NCBI GenBank assembly: GCA_042218075.1
Contig: JBDGRK010000023.1
Coordinates: forward strand, 22,111 to 41,536
Direction of reading: 5' to 3'
Length of the DNA: 19,426 bases
Origin: Candidatus Nanohaloarchaea archaeon
GTDB taxonomy: Archaea > Nanohalarchaeota > Nanosalinia > Nanosalinales > Nanosalinaceae
The notes beneath the pieces were generated by a model. That model ran no database searches. It had not been told where the DNA came from and saw only the letters and a program-made list of their open reading frames with translations. The translations under genes were made by a program, and so were the position numbers. Positions 16,366 to 19,426 of the stretch are shown here, piece by piece (the stretch's first letter is position 1; each line of letters starts with the position of its first letter).

Positions 16366-16589
16366 TGGTTAAGGTAGGTTGTTGTGGTTGTGTAGGCTAG
16401 GTAGATTGCGGCTGTGAGCTGGAGTATGTGGATTGCTGTGGATATCGTATTTGTTTTGGTTGTTATTGAGGTGATGGTTTGGTGTGTTGTGGTTGTTGTG
16501 AGAAGTATGGAGGCTGTTGATGGAAGGTAGGTGTTTTTGTCGTTGATTTTTTGTTGGAGTTCTTCGGGGTCTAGTTCGAATTGGTTCAT
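16362..16589 (-). CDS. Small Thr-rich probable membrane protein
   Basis: ATGA overlaps on both sides; two moderately hydrophobic segments. Confidence 0.65.
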   Translation of the reverse strand: MNQFELDPEELQQKINDKNTYLPSTASILLTTTTTHQTITSITTKTNTISTAIHILQLTAAIYLAYTTTTTYLNQ

Positions 16590-16843
16590 TTGTCGAGGCT
16601 CCAGAAGTAGGTGTGTTGGCCTCCGCCGGCTTCGGGTCTTTCTTGGATTTTGAGGTTGTTGTTTGAGGTGAAGTAGTTGGAGCCGCTGGTGAGTATTGCT
16701 TTGATGTAGCTTTTTGACAGGTTGATTTCTGGCTCTATTTTTTGTGCTAGGTCGCTTGTTTTGAGTTCTTGGTTGTTTTGCAGTGCTTTTTCTGCTTTGT
16801 CTCCTATTTTGACGTGTTTTTCGTTGTCGGGTTTGAATACCAT
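16586..16843 (-). CDS. Winged-helix DNA-binding protein (candidate repressor/excisionase)
   Basis: LKTSDLAQKI...LSKSYIKAIL...beta-wing GGGQHTYFWSL; divergent from the integrase; minus-strand TATATAAA at 16872-16879. Confidence 0.7.
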   Translation of the reverse strand: MVFKPDNEKHVKIGDKAEKALQNNQELKTSDLAQKIEPEINLSKSYIKAILTSGSNYFTSNNNLKIQERPEAGGGQHTYFWSLDK

Positions 16844-17052
16844 CTTTTGTTTTTTGTTGTGTGTTTTCTTCTTTATATATCTTATTGATATGTATCGATA
16901 TATAACGATATTCAGATTTAGAAAATCCTATTTTTCAGAAACCAGCGTTTCTACACCGGTTTTACCCGGCTACCACAGGGCAAACAACGGTGTTTTCGGA
17001 CTCTACCATAGTTTCCGCACACATTTTTATTTACTAAATCCTAATTTAGTCC

Positions 17053-17997
17053 GTGACCGAACAACTCGACAACCACCTAGACAACTTCCACAACTGGGCA
17101 AAAAAATCCATCGAAGAGAGCTCCGCTGACAACTACAAAACCACAGTAAAAGGCTTCTACCGCAACTCCAACCGCGACACACCCATCCAGCTAACCGACA
17201 ACGAAACACGGATAGAACAAGTCAGCGAAGACATCGCCAACCACATCACCAGCCGCTCCATGAAATTCAGCCTCAAAAAATACTTCAACTGGCTCAGCCT
17301 CCAAGCCACGAGTGTTCAAAAGGAACGCACAGCCAGCTTCCTGAAAAACAAGATCAACAAAGTACCCATAGAAGAATCCAAAAGCGACATCGAAAACAAG
17401 GTTATCTCCGCCGAAACCCTTGCCCAAGTCACCAAAGAAGCCGACCAAACCGACACCGAACTCGGACTCATGCTCCGAATGATGTACGAGACCGGCGCAC
17501 GGTTCTCAGGGATGAACAGACTGCTGTGGAGAGACGTACACAGGCAGGAGTTCAGAGGCGAACAACTTGAACCACATCAAGTCTTCATCTCACAAGACCG
17601 GAGCAAAGGCAAGGTTGACGGAGTAGTAGAGATCAGCGACCAAACCCTCACCCAACTGCAAGAGTTAGAGAACGAAAGAGAAGCTGATCCAAGCCAGCAG
17701 GTATTCTATCCCGAGATGAAAAACCAGTCCACCTACCAAAAAGCCTGGAGATTCTTCGACAACAACTGGCCGGAATACTCCACCCACTACTTCCGACACA
17801 GCCGCCTCACCCATCTCGGTTTGAAGATGCACGAAGAAGAGAACCTAGACTACCCTGCTATCAAAGAACGACTCCGGAGATACGCCCGGCACAAACAGGC
17901 ATCAACCACTGAGATCTACATAGAAATCGTGAAAGACAAACTCGCTCAGAAAAACCAAGACATGGAGAAATACCGGTCTGTATCCTGGTCAAACTGA
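17053..17997 (+). CDS. int: Tyrosine recombinase/integrase (XerC/D-like family)
   Basis: Catalytic motifs YETGAR, RSKG, HYFRHS, ARH, TTEIY; N-terminal SAM-like core-binding domain. Confidence 0.95.
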   Translation: MTEQLDNHLDNFHNWAKKSIEESSADNYKTTVKGFYRNSNRDTPIQLTDNETRIEQVSEDIANHITSRSMKFSLKKYFNWLSLQATSVQKERTASFLKNKINKVPIEESKSDIENKVISAETLAQVTKEADQTDTELGLMLRMMYETGARFSGMNRLLWRDVHRQEFRGEQLEPHQVFISQDRSKGKVDGVVEISDQTLTQLQELENEREADPSQQVFYPEMKNQSTYQKAWRFFDNNWPEYSTHYFRHSRLTHLGLKMHEEENLDYPAIKERLRRYARHKQASTTEIYIEIVKDKLAQKNQDMEKYRSVSWSN

Positions 17998-18022
17998 AAA
18001 AGACCGGCATACAAAATATACT

Positions 18023-18247
18023 ATGGAACAAGATCTAGACTAACAGTACGGACTCCAAATAGAAAACAAGATGCTGCTATCAGCGTACAGCCAATAGCTC
18101 TCACGCAGAAACATCACCAACGACACCTACCACGAAAACCACCAGAGAGCAGCAGCCTACCTCGACCCCGAAAGCAGCGAAGATCTTCCGCCGACAGGCT
18201 GGACAGAATGCATGGACCTGATCAGCCAACGCGTCAACGAAGAGTAA
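18023..18247 (+). pseudogene. Possible decayed 74-codon gene with two in-frame stops
   Basis: MEQDLD*QYGLQIENKMLLSAYSQ*LSRRNITNDTYHENHQRAAAYLDPESSEDLPPTGWTECMDLISQRVNEE in one frame, with codon style like the integrase. Confidence 0.4.
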
Positions 18248-18261
18248 GAAATTAAAGAATA

Positions 18262-18725
18262 TTCAGCAGAAAGAGGTTCTCTACGGGTTTTGGCGCACTC
18301 CGCGCCCCAGGTTTCCCCCGCTATTTCACTTGGAAATTCTACTTCACTAAGTCTCTAACTGCATTTCAGTCTCTCGACCTTATCACAGTTCCAGCCGACT
18401 TTATGATTTTGAAACAGTAGAGACGCCAACTGTAGACTTGGCTTCACCGGGAATTCCGGACTGAGTCTAGTACCGTAGCAGAACCCTGCTGAACGATCAA
18501 AGTTGGTTGGAGTTGGCTTCCTCAACGCACACGGACGCGGTGATGAAAACGAGGTCACTTCGCGCCGCCGCAGTGCGCGTCATCGGAAGCCGACTCATCG
18601 ACATTTGAAAACAGGTAGATCGGCTTCCCAAAGATTTGATAGCCGCTTGTTTTCAAGCCTGCAGCCTTCCAGCTTCTTCCAGCGTTCCACACGAAGCCGC
18701 TTTGATGCAGGCCATCAAACATACA
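18262..18725 (-). ncRNA. Candidate large structured non-coding RNA (~460 nt)
   Basis: Nearly continuous helices including a 20-bp long-range closing stem (18473-18493 with 18262-18286), GNRA-type loops, G-U pairs mostly favouring the minus strand, upstream TATA and downstream T-rich tract; no credible ORF. Confidence 0.75.
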
Positions 18726-18746
18726 AGTATATAATACCAACGCCTG

Positions 18747-18760
18747 TTTATAAAAATACC
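18747..18760 (-). promoter_or_regulatory. TATA box for the candidate ncRNA
   Basis: Minus strand GGTATTTTTATAAA, about 25-30 nt upstream of the first helix. Confidence 0.6.
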
Positions 18761-18791
18761 GTAAACGCATTTCAACTTTTAGGTCTGCATT

Positions 18792-19160
18792 CTAGCCGAA
18801 CACCTCTTCGTAGACGCTTCCTTTGCCTTCCGCGATCTCCCAGACACCGAACGCTGACGCCAACCCGAACATGACGAACAAAGTGATTAGGTTCCCGGTT
18901 TTCATCACTTTCTGATTCAGGTACTGCACTAGGCCGCCGCCTTGGAAATTTAAGTAGGATACCGCAAAGAATCCGAGAACGACTACAAGCATTGACAGAC
19001 TGATGTTACCTGCTATGTTGATATTCGGTATTAGATCGACATAGCTAACAAGTGCTGCTATACCGAATGCAAGTAGTATAAGCGATAGCTCGGTTGGCAG
19101 AGGTGATACGGACGTAGTATGTGCCGCGACTGTTTGGAAGGTTTCCTTTACCGGATACAC
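18792..19160 (-). CDS. Three-TM membrane protein
   Basis: Hydrophobic helices; minus-strand TTTAAAAA box at 19184-19191 fits a leaderless GTG start. Confidence 0.75.
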   Translation of the reverse strand: MYPVKETFQTVAAHTTSVSPLPTELSLILLAFGIAALVSYVDLIPNINIAGNISLSMLVVVLGFFAVSYLNFQGGGLVQYLNQKVMKTGNLITLFVMFGLASAFGVWEIAEGKGSVYEEVFG

Positions 19161-19199
19161 ACAAATATCTTTATCAAAACTACTTTTTAAATCAGATGT

Positions 19200-19426
19200 G
19201 TGCCACCGATCATAGGAGACTACTGGTTATTCGACTGCCTCAAGATCGCAGTCCCAGCAATCCTGATATCGTTGACAGCGTTGATCGGGCCAACCGCCTA
19301 CACAGTCAGCAAATACGGACTGAAAGCCTCCGCATTACTGCTATCCAAGCTTCCTGCACGCATCGCCGGATACGCCCTTCTCGCATTCCGGCAAAAAATC
19401 ACAATCATAGCAGCGACGTTGACCAC
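19200..19426 (+). CDS. 5' part of a probable membrane protein (MPPIIGDYWLFDCLKIAVPAILISLTALIG...), runs off the window
   Basis: Open hydrophobic frame from GTG 19200 to the window end; start uncertain. Confidence 0.55.
   Translation, partial: MPPIIGDYWLFDCLKIAVPAILISLTALIGPTAYTVSKYGLKASALLLSKLPARIAGYALLAFRQKITIIAATLT

Larger units (their letters stand above)
1..19426. mobile_element. Segment of an archaeal (halophile) virus/provirus or integrative element; boundaries not visible
   Basis: Integrase, HerA/FtsK-type ATPase, RHH/wHTH regulators, dense small ORFs, no housekeeping genes. Confidence 0.8.

Noticed and set aside
16895-16922. dif-like Xer site (TCGATATATAA-N6-TCAGATTTAGA)
   Set aside because: Only 7 of 11 positions are symmetric in AT-rich DNA; too weak to call
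380-17448. Numerous antisense or alternate-frame ORFs in the track (e.g. 380-592, 4865-5149, 7060-7802, 10907-11809, 12597-13224, 16722-17448)
   Set aside because: Shadows of better-supported genes; the strong strand skew lengthens antisense frames
18023-18247. Stop-codon reassignment (alternative genetic code)
   Set aside because: TAA, TAG and TGA all terminate well-supported, tightly packed genes elsewhere in the window
18262-18725. RNase P RNA, SRP RNA, tRNA or group I/II intron as the identity of the structured RNA
   Set aside because: GAGGAAG and AAAACCCG fragments exist but do not form the RNase P P4 helix; no SRP helix-8 motif, cloverleaf, group II domain V or group I P7 pair was found by eye, and no interrupted host gene is evident
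18355-18874. Track ORFs 18355-18558, 18503-18874 and 18555-18770
   Set aside because: No convincing SD, Arg/Ser-rich atypical composition, and they overlap a densely base-paired region

Overview
The window looks like part of a virus, provirus or integrative element of a halophilic archaeon. The support is acidic Glu/Asp-rich proteins, moderate GC, GGAGGTGA-type Shine-Dalgarno (SD) sites and TATA boxes about 20-30 nt before leaderless starts; a Nanohaloarchaeota-like host is a guess. No host housekeeping genes, tRNA, CRISPR array, terminase, portal or HK97 capsid gene are recognisable. Layout: (1) 1-4200, translationally coupled small genes (Zn-finger microproteins, wHTH, small membrane proteins) joined by repeated junction motifs and mini-cistrons. 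(2) 4571-8046, an RHH regulator, a 577-aa Ig-like surface protein apparently starting at ATC, and two acidic/coiled-coil proteins. (3) 8181-10664, membrane proteins plus a HerA/FtsK-superfamily ATPase. (4) 10726-11764, three strongly basic proteins including a paralogous pair. (5) 11833-14990, secreted and membrane proteins including a TSP3-repeat protein. (6) 15001-16843, a minus-strand operon from a wHTH gene to a HExxH protein, divergent from a tyrosine integrase (17053-17997). (7) An unannotated, extensively base-paired ~460-nt candidate non-coding RNA on the minus strand (about 18262-18725) with its own TATA box, which is the most interesting object found. All structures were folded by eye and all family calls rest on motif recognition, not database searches.
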